Assembly: GCF_964355755.1 (NCBI RefSeq)
Contig: NC_092674.1
Span: 26,846,001 to 26,910,000 of the forward strand
Reading direction: 5' to 3'
Length of the DNA stretch: 64,000 bases
Origin: Antedon mediterranea
Lineage: Eukaryota > Animalia > Echinodermata
Positions 52,339 through 64,000 of the stretch are shown here, one piece after another (the first letter of the stretch is position 1; each line of letters begins with the position of its first letter). A model generated the notes under the pieces. It did not search any database and was not told the origin of the DNA. It saw only the letters and a list, made by a program, of their open reading frames with translations. The translations under genes and the position numbers were made by a program.

Positions 52339-55300
52339 GTAATACTTTGTTGCTTTTTTTTAGCTAAAAATCGAAAAATTTATTTGTACAGTATAATTTC
52401 CTTTCCTAGACTATGGGAGCAAATACCAAATGACATAAAAGATTAAAAAACAATTTCAATATTTAAGGCTGCAAAACAAAACACTATATTTCATGTTATG
52501 TATAGTTTATTTGTATTTTTCTTGTACCGGTATATATGGTTTTATCTTAACTGTTTGTATTGTATGGAGTGAGTGCAGAATCTGTTTGGGCTTTAGCCTA
52601 TTCTCATTCCAGGTTATTTTTACATTGATGACCGAGTAAATATTATTATTATTATTAAGTGTGTGACGTTATAACTATCATTTTTCTAAACAATTAATGT
52701 TAATTTGTTATATTTTTGATATTACATGGATTTGTTTTGATAATATTTCAAATAAAAAATATAATCAAGTACAAGATTGATTACATACAAAATAACAAAT
52801 CGGTACAAATTTGATAATTTTTCTAAATCCAAGTGGCTGTTATTATTCTTTTCATGAGGAAAAGATTAACATGATTTGAAAATGGATTGGTTGAAATTTT
52901 TATTACCGGTATACATGACGTAAGGTGTTGTTTTAATATGGTATATCTATGTCCACATCACTTCTTTTAATTAAGCCTATATTCAGCTGCGGTCTTCACT
53001 TAAATATTTCCATTAAAAAATATTTCCAGACTCTCCCTACAATTAAGAATATTTCCCAATTTATTACAAATTTTTCAGCTGTAACAATCTTATTTAGATC
53101 TTAAATCGGGGCTGGATTATTTCCGGTTTATTTAGCTTTTTCAGCCACGCTCCTTATTTTGTAAATATTCTTGCTTTTGCATTCATCAAGGCCAAGGTAA
53201 AATGCTTTGTTTATAAGCCTTCAAAGTCTGAGAAACAAACAACACGACTGCCACCCAATTTCTTTATTTTTAGTTAGTTGAACATAATTATGAACACACT
53301 CACAGCTGTGTTGCCCAGGAGCAGTTTTAAGAATAAACTTAAAGGTGCTATAAATGGGTGCAGGCATGGGAATGTAACCAGCCCTGTAGGCCTCTTACTC
53401 ATTAGGCTTTCTCAACAACCTGGTAGCTATTTCGGGTCACCTTGGTCTAACCTTCACAGCCATTCTAAAAAGGTCTGCCACCTAAATGAAATCGGCAAAC
53501 ATTTTGCTACATACACTACTGTACATTTACTGCAGTATTCGGAACATTTTACTGCAGCGATACTACAGTTATTGGTCTAAAAATTATTACTGTTGTTAGA
53601 GCAATTTATTGTTTATTGGATGGTCAATTTCACATTGATTCATTAAATCATTATGAATTTTTTGTATTTAATATTATTATAATAACAGTTTTCATTAAAT
53701 GCAAATTCAATTTTTTAGTTTGATTAATTTTCCAAATATATTGTATTTGATTAAAAAGTGGAAGAGATTGATTTAAAGCAATTGAATTTTTTTAGTTGGT
53801 TAAATTCTGAATTCTCTAAATTGACTTTGAGTTTGAAATAGTGATTTATAAATGAATACCATTGAAACTGAGTAAAATATACTAAAAATAAAAAATAAAT
53901 AAAACATGTCAACCTTTAAAATGATATATGGTATAATAGCAATATTTCAACCTTTCAATACACTAAAAATTAAAATGGTTTAAACCTTCTGTAAAGTATA
54001 ATGTGGTTTGTATGAGAAAATGCCTGTATGGCTCCAGAATATAATATTGATTTAATATATGACAGGTCTTGTTAAGGAGTGGTGCCAACATGCTGTTATA
54101 ACCAGTCATTAGCTAGCCTTGCTTGTCAGGATACCACTATGCTATTCCATTTACCTACATAAACCTATAATGTCTTGAGTCAAAATTACGTAGTTATTAT
54201 CCACCTAGACATAAGGGTGTATTTACTTTATTAGTTACGTATTGAAGCCAGTAGTCAAGCCAATTGGACACGTTTATTTATGCGCTAGGCCAGCTGAGGT
54301 GGTGCCAGTGCCGTGTACTTGGCCTTGATAGTGCTTTGCTGCCCCTGTGAGACCAGAGAGAAATAATAGTATTTATAATCATGATACCCAAGTAAATATT
54401 TTCCATCAAATGGAGCTGGTTTTAAAAACTTCCGTTCTAATGTGTAAAGATATACATCATATATTTTTTTTAGTAGTAGTAGTATTTCAGTTGTCCGTGA
54501 CCTATTAAATATTTGCCATCCAGGGACTGTCTCTTTTATTTGTGAACACCACATTGACAGTCGTTGCCATTATCAATAAAAATCAATATATGTTATCCTT
54601 GTTTCTAAATAGTACAGTATATTAACCTTCCCCTATGGTTGAGTCACTGAAATATATTTTTAGATTTTTATTCTTTAGAATAACCCTATACAATAAGTGT
54701 TTGGATCATGGGCTTATATTTGAAGACTATTATGTAAGGGGTTGGGCTAAACCTTTTTGTATTTTGTTTGAAGTTATAATTTTTTTGGGTACAGTAAGCT
54801 TGTACAGTGGATACCAGAGTTGACAAGGATGGCAGTTTTAGATACCGCGATATTCTCTTATTCATAAAATAATGAAAGAAAAATTATTGATTAAGTAAAA
54901 AAAAATACTGTTCAATTGCCATTCATTATTTTTAAAAATTTGCAAAAAAAAAAAATGGCTTATTTAATTGCATTTTCCCTTAATTCTTTTCTACTTGTTT
55001 TAAGGCCTTAAAAGGTTGAAAAAAAAGGACAAGAAGAATCTATATTTACTCTAATGATCAATTTATAATGTTTGACTTTTACATGTAAGTAGATGACACT
55101 TTTGATTGAAATGCTTGCAGCCTCTTGCGGCACATCTCTATGCATGCAGAATATTCAATTAATCTCGGAAAAGCGCAAATTCCCATGCATACATCAATAC
55201 ATTGCCACCATCCGCAAGGTAAATAGAGAGAACTCTACAGTCGATACGTTGTTGTTTACTTAGAGAACTCTAGCTAGTAATAGAATTGATAGAGTAAACA

Positions 55301-55987
55301 GAATTTGGATTGATTGTGGCAAGTTTAATGTTTTCATCACTTTGTCTGATTGATGTAGGTAAACGTAGCCGAGACAGAAGTCAACGCTTCGCGTGCGTTG
55401 TCTACTCGAATATTTAAATTATGTGAGATTGAGTGTTTAAATAATAATTACGTAATATTATACGAACCATTTGAGTGTTGAAATAAATCTTCAATTTAAT
55501 ACTAAATATATTATATTACCAAGATATTATTCTTTTATGGTTTTAAAGTCAACACTCAAAGTTTAATTAATTATTCACTCATATAATTAGCATATGTGAG
55601 ATTGATCTTCAAAATGAAATTGCAGCGGCGGCGGTGGCATAATTCAGTACTATTTTTTAAGAGTTTTAATAATTGTGCACGCATAATTAACTTATTATGT
55701 TAGGTTGATCATAATAAAATTAAGAAAAAGATAAAAAGTCAAAATAAAATCACAGTGGCGGCGTACATAATCTCTGCACACGACAATGTATTTGTAATGT
55801 AGAATTAACCTTGGGTTCTCGGTGTTATTATTTTATGATATGATTTGATCATTTAAAATCAAAACTGCAATCTACTTTACCTAATAAGAATGTTTAATAG
55901 AGCGTAAATTTGTGCAATTATTCATTTGCTGCCTGGTAATGATGGAACCCATTGTGGTTAATTACAGAAGACTATAATCAAGAATGT

Positions 55988-56430
55988 AATTTATGTCTTT
56001 TTCAACACAATTGGGAGTCTGGTCTGTAACAGTGGAGTTAAGACTAGTATAAAGCTTAATTCACACTGAAAATCAAGATTGACTTTAAAATAAGCCTTGC
56101 TTCACACTATAAATAAACACGAGTTTACATTCCAAATTTATGTCTTTTTAGACACAATTGGGAGTCTGGTCTGTAACAGTGGAGTTAAGACTAGTATAAA
56201 GCTTAATTCACACTGAAAATCAAGATTGACTTTAAAATAAGCCTTGCTTCACACTATAAATAAACATCAGTTTACATTCCAAATTTATGTCTTTTTAGAC
56301 CAATTGGGAGTTGGGACTGTAAAAGTGGGGTTACACAAAGCTTAATTCACCCTGCAAAGTTTGATTCTTCACAATGAAAAATAAGCCTTTGTTCACACTG
56401 TGAAAAAACATTAGTTTACATTGCAAATTC
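55988..56430. repeat. 147-bp tandem repeat: 2 near-identical copies plus 1 diverged copy
   Basis: AATTTATGTCTTTTT at 55988, 56135 and 56282. Confidence 0.92.
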
Positions 56431-59254
56431 GAATTCATTGTGTTTTTACCTAGGTTCATACTGCATGCAAACAAGTTAAATTCACATTAAAAAAAAGCTT
56501 TGGTACAGTACATACTGAAAACTAAACGCTAGGATCTCACTACAGTATAAATAAAGCCATATGTATAATACCTTGAGAAAATTATGTAGCTTTAACATTT
56601 TTCCTGAAGCTCCTGATTTAATATGCTGTGCCTTATGAAATATGAATGACTTAAATTTCGTCTATATAAAAACACTGACAATTTCTGAAAGAATATTCCG
56701 GAAACAATTACAAATTCTACAACTGATATAAAATTGAAATCATTAGTATAACATGTCAAGAAATATTGATTGTTCTCAGGTTTTACAGTCAGAAGTGCCA
56801 AATAAAACTATGGCAATTTATTTGCCCTTCTTTTGAAATGAAGAATATGCGATATGTATCGCAGCGCGATAATAACAGGCATCTTATTGGTTTAGTGAGT
56901 ACTTTTAGCAGTCGCACACTGAGCACTGTAAAATGTCAACAAATTTGTTTCTAAATCTCATCCAATCTATTTTATTTAAATTTTCATAAGCCCGCAATAA
57001 ATTAAATATCGGGAGGATAAACCAAATACAAATTTTCTCTTTGCAATACTACTGTAGTTGGTAGGTCTTAATAAAGTTTGTAGAAAACATTTTCTTTGCA
57101 AGGACAGTTGACAGTTTTTTTTTTCATATTTCAACATACCGTATTGTTTACAGCGCAACTAATACCTCTCAGTCTTATAAAAGCATTGATGTAATAAGCA
57201 TAATAATTGTAACAAAAAAATACCATTAAAATCAATATTTTTGCTTTATATGAAAAAAACATTTAAATATTTTTATCATATATGTTTATTTCAATTCATA
57301 AAGTAGTATGACTATAGTTCAAAATAAGTAATTTAAATTTCACAATTCCATCTTTAATGAGTCTACAGATTGAGGTTTGCTTGTATAATGAATTCAGTAT
57401 TGGATTAAAAACTAAAGGAATGTTGTATTTGCTGTTGTATTCAAATCTTGTATGCAGTCAATGGGTTTCTCCACCTCCTTGTCTCTTATTCTCCGCCTAA
57501 ATACAATTCAATTTTTCGCTTCAATGGGCCGCTCAAAGTGGAATTTATTTATTAAGAATTGCAAATTGTCTGATTACTATATGCCTGAGTTAATGTTTTC
57601 TCTTTTATTCTATAAGCATTTCCTTTTCACCCAGGCTCTTTTTTGCAAAGTTCCTGTACTTTGTTCCACATTTGTTATTTTAAACTATTTTATTTTTAAG
57701 CTTGACATAATTGTCACACTAGCTAACGATATCACCTAACAAATTAAATCCTCATGACTACATCAAAGTCAAATCTAATTATCTATTTTTATTGACAATT
57801 TATAAGCATGAAATTAAATGTATATTTTGCAAACCTTTTAATTACATAGCCGGAAGGCATAGTATTGTCTAGGTATTAACGTAAAAAGGCAAATAAGAAA
57901 AAGGACAATTTCTGAATGAAATATTTTAGATTCTGCCACAGTCACAGTAGCAAATAGTATTAATTAAGCCCCAGGTGGTGTAATGCTAACGTTTCTATAA
58001 TACCAAACAGCAGGCCAGATTTGCCTTTGAAATTAATTAAAGATCGTTTATTTTATTTGGCCATACACACAAATCTGAAACTTTTGATCCAGAATCATGA
58101 GTTACAACTGACACTAGTAATTGTGTGAACGGTTAGCTCTCTTATATTATACCTGTGTTGTTAACTCCAATAAAAACTCTAATGTACCTCTGATATAGGT
58201 CTACCTTTGATCTAGGCCCACCTCTGGAATCTGATATAGCCCTATCTCTGAGAATAGGCCTCTAATCTGTGTAATATCATTCTGACGTAACGTTTTAACA
58301 ACGCACATTTCAACACAGAACACTACAAGATTGATTGTGTTTAATAGATTTTTAAAACGAAGTTTAACCTTTGTATTTTCTTGCAATACTAATTACTTTC
58401 TTTGAATTTCACATGACAATATTTTTATTCAAAAGAAAAAATTGGTTTTATGCGTGTTCAGAATTTGTTTCGTAGCACAGTAGTATTAGTAATTGATATT
58501 TAGTTGTGATAGCATTGAAACAGCCTAGAATACAGATTAACATTACACAATAGACTTAGTCTACAATAAAACCGTTGTTGAATATAAAGACAACTAGCAA
58601 CCTTATGTAAAGCTGTTGTCATAGAATTTATCACCTTTTCAATGATTGTTTGTTGCTGGAAAAGTTTCCCATAATTCAAACTGAAAAGAAATGATAATAA
58701 TAATATGCTACATTGATTACAAGTGATAATATACAGTAGGGTAACCTATTCATATCACAAAAAATAACAATTGTTATAATGTACTGTATTAATAACAACC
58801 TTAATCCACAAGATATTTGCATATAAATAACAACTCTGAAAATAAATATACTGTTGATTCGATGTTCGGCCTGTATTTGATAATTGTGTGAATATCTGCA
58901 TTTTCATGGGAAAGTTAATTGTTGTAAATTCATTAGGGAGTTTTCCATAGAGTAGTGTTATTTTCCGTTGATTATTTTGAACGTTAAGTTATACTCGACA
59001 AAAAATGTTCACCTATTTTGAGCTAATACAAAATAGTGCCTGTGTATGATGAGTTGAATTGTGAAGAATATTTCTAAAAGCATTGATATCCACTCTTCTA
59101 CTCATTTGCATAATATAAAAGGTGTGGTGTTTTTCCATACAGATTATTTGCACCAGGTTCGTACCTATGTATGACCCACCACAAACATTTGTATACATAT
59201 AATGCAAATTAAATCTTTTTGGTACCTACTGTAACATAGAGAATTCTTCGTGGT

Positions 59255-59420
59255 ACCTTCATCTTTACCTCCCCTCACCCTACCACTTCTTCTTCTCCTT
59301 CTCCCTCCTCTTGCTCTTTTCTCTTTCCCCTTCCCTCTTCTCTTCCTCTTATCTCTATTCCCTTTTCTCTCCCCATTCCCCTTCTCCCTCCTTTATTTCC
59401 CTCTCACTTTTCGCTTTCAT
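59255..59420. repeat. Pyrimidine-rich low-complexity tract
   Basis: About 165 bp of almost pure C/T. Confidence 0.85.
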
Positions 59421-59862
59421 TCAATTCAACAAACTTTCTTTTGTGTAGAACAGTATATCCCTTAAATATATTATTAATATCATGGCCTAACTCTTCATAT
59501 GATTGTAACCTTCGCTCGATCCTTTCATTAATAAATTATCATCCTACCTCATCCTCCTACCTCTCAATTAAATACTAAATATTAATCCCGATTAGTAGTG
59601 TTGATTAGTTTTCTCTTTCTGCCTTTAATTATTCCAAACCTGATAACTAGTTGGAAATTAGAAACGTTCATTAGTTTTTAATTAAAATATGGCTTAGTAT
59701 GCTCATTGATATTATGCTGGAGTAGATGAAACAAATCCACAAAAATTGAAAGATTGTTTTCAAAAATAAAGTATGTATATAATTGTAACCACTATAAATA
59801 TTTTATATTTTAATTATATAATTGTTATTATTAATGTTTGAAATAACTATAAAACTATATTG

Positions 59863-60000
59863 CACTGATGAAGGACTAGTGCTGCCTGAAAGCTCCGCGA
59901 CATTTTCTGGCTCTTTTACTTTTTGCTATTTTATTGTGCATCTCCATTGAGATCCAGCCACTTATCATTGCCAGTTTTTCAGTATTTCCTTTGGATTTAT
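59863..60000 (+). mobile_element. 5'-truncated Penelope-like retroelement terminal fragment containing a minimal hammerhead ribozyme core
   Basis: CTGATGA-AGG...CCT-GAAA-GCT-C at 59865-59895, flanked by the 11-bp direct repeat AAACTATATTG (59852-59862, 60001-60011). Confidence 0.6.
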
Positions 60001-60898
60001 AAACTATATTGTTATATATTAATATTAATAAAAATCTTTAATGTTAGGATATAAATATTTTTAATATATAGTAAATAATAGTATTTTTTGTAAAATGAAC
60101 AATTATTGAACAAGAAATACTAAAAAAATACATTCTAGAAACATGTCTACTTCAGTAATTATAATAATTTTATCCACCTTGTACACGGTGTAGTCACGGA
60201 CTGATTGATTTTGGATTTTTAAAATATCTAAGTTTAGAATACAGTTAGTTGATTTATTAACTTGTTTGTCTTGTTTCATATCTATTATTAAACTTAAAGT
60301 ATCATTTTGATTATTCAACGTTTATTTATTTATACATCTCACCCACTTCTTTGTAATTTTCATTTCTTTTGTGTATCTACTTCATTCATAAATTGATATA
60401 TCATCACAATACACACAACTGTGAGTTCACTACAATAATCCTGTTGTAGATATTTCTGTTGGTGACCCCTTTTGACCTTTATCTTCTCATTGCGTATTAA
60501 TGGCCACAAAAATTAGCAATATCGTAGCCGCCACTGCTCATTTTCAATAGTAAAACGTCTATTTTCATTTGTAGTCTAGCTACCATATTTTCATTTGTTA
60601 CTAAAATAAATAAATGCGTCTCTTTTTAAATAAGATGCCTCGCAATAAAATACTCAACATACAGTAGTCACAATGTAAAGTTACAATATACAGTATTATA
60701 TTGAAATGTGATCACCCATGCATAAAATAGTTTAAATTTGTATATTGTATGTAGCGACAAAACTATAAAAATACTTTAAATTTATTTATTCGTATGTAGG
60801 TATTTAATATACCTAAAGTTCTGACTAATTATTGAAACAGTGCTCATATTCGGAACATGATCTTATAATCTCATCGAGCATAGCTCATCGGCGAAAAA

Positions 60899-61015
60899 AC
60901 TAGGTTGAACAAAAAGTGTGATGTACCCAAATATGGTAGTGATATGCCAAAATATGATAGTGATATCATCATGTCCATATATGGGCACATAAAGTTTAAT
61001 AGTGTAGTCAGAGAT
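60899..61015 (-). mobile_element. MITE family A, partial reverse copy
   Basis: CCCAAATATGGTAGTGATATG...ATGTCCATATATGGGCACATAAAGTTTAATAGTGTAGTCAGAGAT. Confidence 0.75.
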
Positions 61016-63207
61016 TTATATTTTGTATTTGCATTGTTTAAAACAGATTTAAAATTTATTTAAAATGTTGAAAGATCAAGTGTGACATTCTACCTGTGTA
61101 ATTAAAACCCTCACTGCAAGAGTATAATCGTCATGAGTGATACTTGGTGACATTGATGGACACTGATGACACTTAATGACATTAATAGTGTTTAAATTTG
61201 ATGTCCCCAAATGAAGGTGAATACTCCCAAATTAAAAATATTTAACGAGGTTTTTCAAAATATTGAATGATTTTTAGTATTTATTATCACAAGTGGGCCT
61301 TGTAGTGTTATTTAATCTGTTCATAGATTATTATCATAAGCTTGTATACCTTTTTATGTATAGAAACCAATCTGTGTTGTGATAACTTCAGTAGCTACAA
61401 CAAATTACTATGCGTTGTCATACCAGTTTAGTTTTAATAGTACAAGGATTGTTGAAATTTAGGGCAGCAATAAGACAAAACAAGCTTTATTGGATGACGA
61501 GTTGGGAGCAGGAACGCTAGTAGACCAAACCTAGTACCGTTTTGATTACGATCATATGGGAAATTATCTCACGACTTTATTTTGCCCAATATTGTTTTAA
61601 AATAACCAGGATTTTAACCATTTTTATCCGCCCATAAGGCATGTGGGTTCTAAAGGTTAATTGTGGGTGTAGTACTAGGAGGGTATAAGGACAAATTGAA
61701 AACTAAAGTCAGTTTTTAAATTTTCTAAAATAATATTTTAGTTTGAAAAATTGATAGCATTGTTAAAGATTCAAAATTGTACCATATATGGTATTAAATA
61801 ATATTATTGATTTTATATTTTTAATCTGATACTTCTCAGCATATGTTTTTTTGTTTATTATATAGTACTGTATGTTCTCTCTATGGATATTTATCTGAGA
61901 TAAAAGAATGAATTGATGAATCGATTAAAACCTTAGAATAGAGTGAAGAAGAAAGTGTCCCATCACCTAACTATACTCAGCATACATAGGCTATGTTATA
62001 ACCACCAAGATGCTTTTAATGTCAATATACTGTATGTATCATTTAAATAATTAAAACGATTATTCATGGTTATTTGGATCATGTTAAATGAATCTCTCGT
62101 ACTGTAGATTTTAGCATAAGTAAGTTCCTGTTAGGCCTGACACTAATGGCAGCTGCTGTACATATTGTTTCCACGTAGGGAGTCGGATGCTCCTATGGTT
62201 ATGGAGACATACTGGATGTAAAGGGACCATCTAAGCTTCTTGATGTCTGTTTGAAAATTTGAGTTAGAATAGCATGGTCATCAATGGTAGTGGCACTAAA
62301 GCTTGGTAGTAAATTTGAAAGCAATTGTTTCAAATCTGGCTTTAGTCTGTGCCACGATGATCTATATTCTTATAAGATTAATTTATAATCATAATAAAAT
62401 AAAAGTATTTTAGTTCCCAATCTATAATTAGTATAGTATAGTTTTACTATATGTGTATTCAATGGAGACTATTTTTTTTTAGGTACATTTTTAAAAAATC
62501 ATTAACATATTCTTTTTAGTTTTATAGTGTAGAATTAATATTAGCCAAAGAATATGATATTACAAACGAAAGCTACGATATTTAAGCTTTTTGGAATAAA
62601 ACGATATTTAATCAAATTCAGTAAAATTATATTCAATTTTAATGGAACAAAAAGACCCAGACATTCAGCTGTTTTGGTAATGAGATAGTACGAAGAAAAT
62701 TACCATAGACACATTGCGAGATTCTCTGTAGCTCGTTCAGCTGTTGTGAAGCTGAAGCAATGATATAAGTTGAATTTCATAGCCTAGCTAAATTATTACT
62801 GTGGGTTAATACATGTATTATATCTCGCAATGTAAATCAATCCACAGCCGACTTTCTGGTGGTTCAACTAAAAGATCCTAGATTATGGTAAATAGCGCTA
62901 ATAATATGAAGCGCTGAATTCATACGCAGTGTGAACAGATATGAAATAGGTAGCTGATTATAAAAAGGAATATTGTGAAGGTGATGTAAATGTGTTTGCA
63001 CATGAAAAGGTTAGCTAGTTTAGCCAGAAGGCATAAATATTACATGATGAAGATTTGTTGACTTAGAGTTAAAGTAATAGTTGGATATTTTAGTAAATTG
63101 AACGTGCTGTGCGTCAACTTTAAATAATGATATTACAACATTATATACATAATGTGGTGCAATGGGCCATTCGGTGTAATGGAAGATGCTTACCATTGAC
63201 ATTCTTA

Positions 63208-63365
63208 AGCTCTGTCTACACTATCAAAGTTTATGTTACGAAAAATGTGATTTGCCCATATATGGTCATGATGATGTCATATCACTACCATATCTGGATA
63301 CACCACTACCATATTTGGGCACATCACTTTTTTTGTCAAACTAGTTTGATAGTGTAGACAGAGCT
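63208..63365 (+). mobile_element. MITE family A, best-preserved copy (Tourist/PIF-Harbinger-like)
   Basis: Perfect 21-bp TIRs AGCTCTGTCTACACTATCAAA / TTTGATAGTGTAGACAGAGCT with a TTA TSD on both sides. Confidence 0.92.
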
Positions 63366-63424
63366 TTAAGAAGAAGAGAAAAAGAATGTTGTTAAATGAT
63401 TACGGTATATTAAATTGTTATACT

Positions 63425-63510
63425 GCAGGGCCGTAGCCAGGATCTGTCAAGGGGGGGGTTCGCACACTAAGTATTTGGGCCACCCCCATACCTACCCCCC
63501 CCCCCCCAAA
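63425..63510. mobile_element. hAT-like MITE left end
   Basis: CAGGGCCGTAGCCAGGAT followed by G and C runs; no matching right TIR found. Confidence 0.4.
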
Positions 63511-64000
63511 CAGAAATATTCTCATCTTGGTATAAATAGGTGATCCGCAGTGTGATATGGTTAATTTTAAATTTTTACTTTACAGTATTGAACTAATTAG
63601 AAATATATGGCAAGCCACGTCTCCTAATAGTGGAGATTTAAATATAACAAGGTACCAAATTTAACAAGAAGATGCTTTATATAATAATATGTATAGTTTT
63701 TTAATAAATTAAAATTTCTTCAAAATTGTTGTGGAGGGAGATGGAAAGAGGAGCTTACACACTTTAAATAAAGGGCTTAAATACACATTGAGTAGGATTA
63801 ATTATTATTATACAGTAGTATCGATATCTTTTCCCATACAATGAGGTTTGTCATTCTACCTATAGCTTTGAATAATACTACATATTAGGGAATCTCAATA
63901 CACTAATTATCAATTATATAGTCTCATTTCTAGTATGACGTCCTTTTCACCCTTAGCCAGCTAATCCAATACTTTTATTGAGTCCATTAAAGGTTTTCCA

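Noticed and set aside
52339-64000. Next Fat exon (expected short, with an LDRE motif)
   Set aside because: No AG-flanked in-frame segment with the motif was found by eye; probably beyond the window.

Overview
AT-rich animal genomic DNA (eukaryotic, with spliceosomal introns). It is most likely from a marine invertebrate, possibly an echinoderm-like deuterostome (inference). Two protein-coding genes are supportable, both on the + strand. (1) The terminal coding exon (30804-31067) of an EXPERA/emopamil-binding-protein-like membrane protein, whose upstream exons I could not find. (2) The 5' part of a Fat-like (FAT1/2/3, kugelei-type) giant cadherin: a probable non-coding first exon near 33900-34126, a 3.3-kb first coding exon (34749-38093, ATG at 34826), a 13.9-kb intron and a 333-bp exon (52006-52338); the gene continues beyond the window. 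The rest is intronic or intergenic DNA full of non-autonomous elements: Deu/Nin-domain tRNA-SINEs, PIF/Harbinger and hAT MITEs, Helentron-like elements, CR1/L2 tails and a Penelope-like fragment with a minimal hammerhead ribozyme. There are also satellites and a 1.16-kb polypyrimidine tract. Nearly all the short ORFs in the supplied track are spurious. The most unusual signal is a window-wide excess of TA-(3-4 nt)-TA words (TACAGTA/TACTGTA, TAGGCCTA, TACCGGTA, TACATGTA, TACCGTA/TACGGTA). One of them is visibly an insertion at a TA site relative to its paralogous copies, consistent with massive, partly nested accumulation of DNA-transposon excision footprints.
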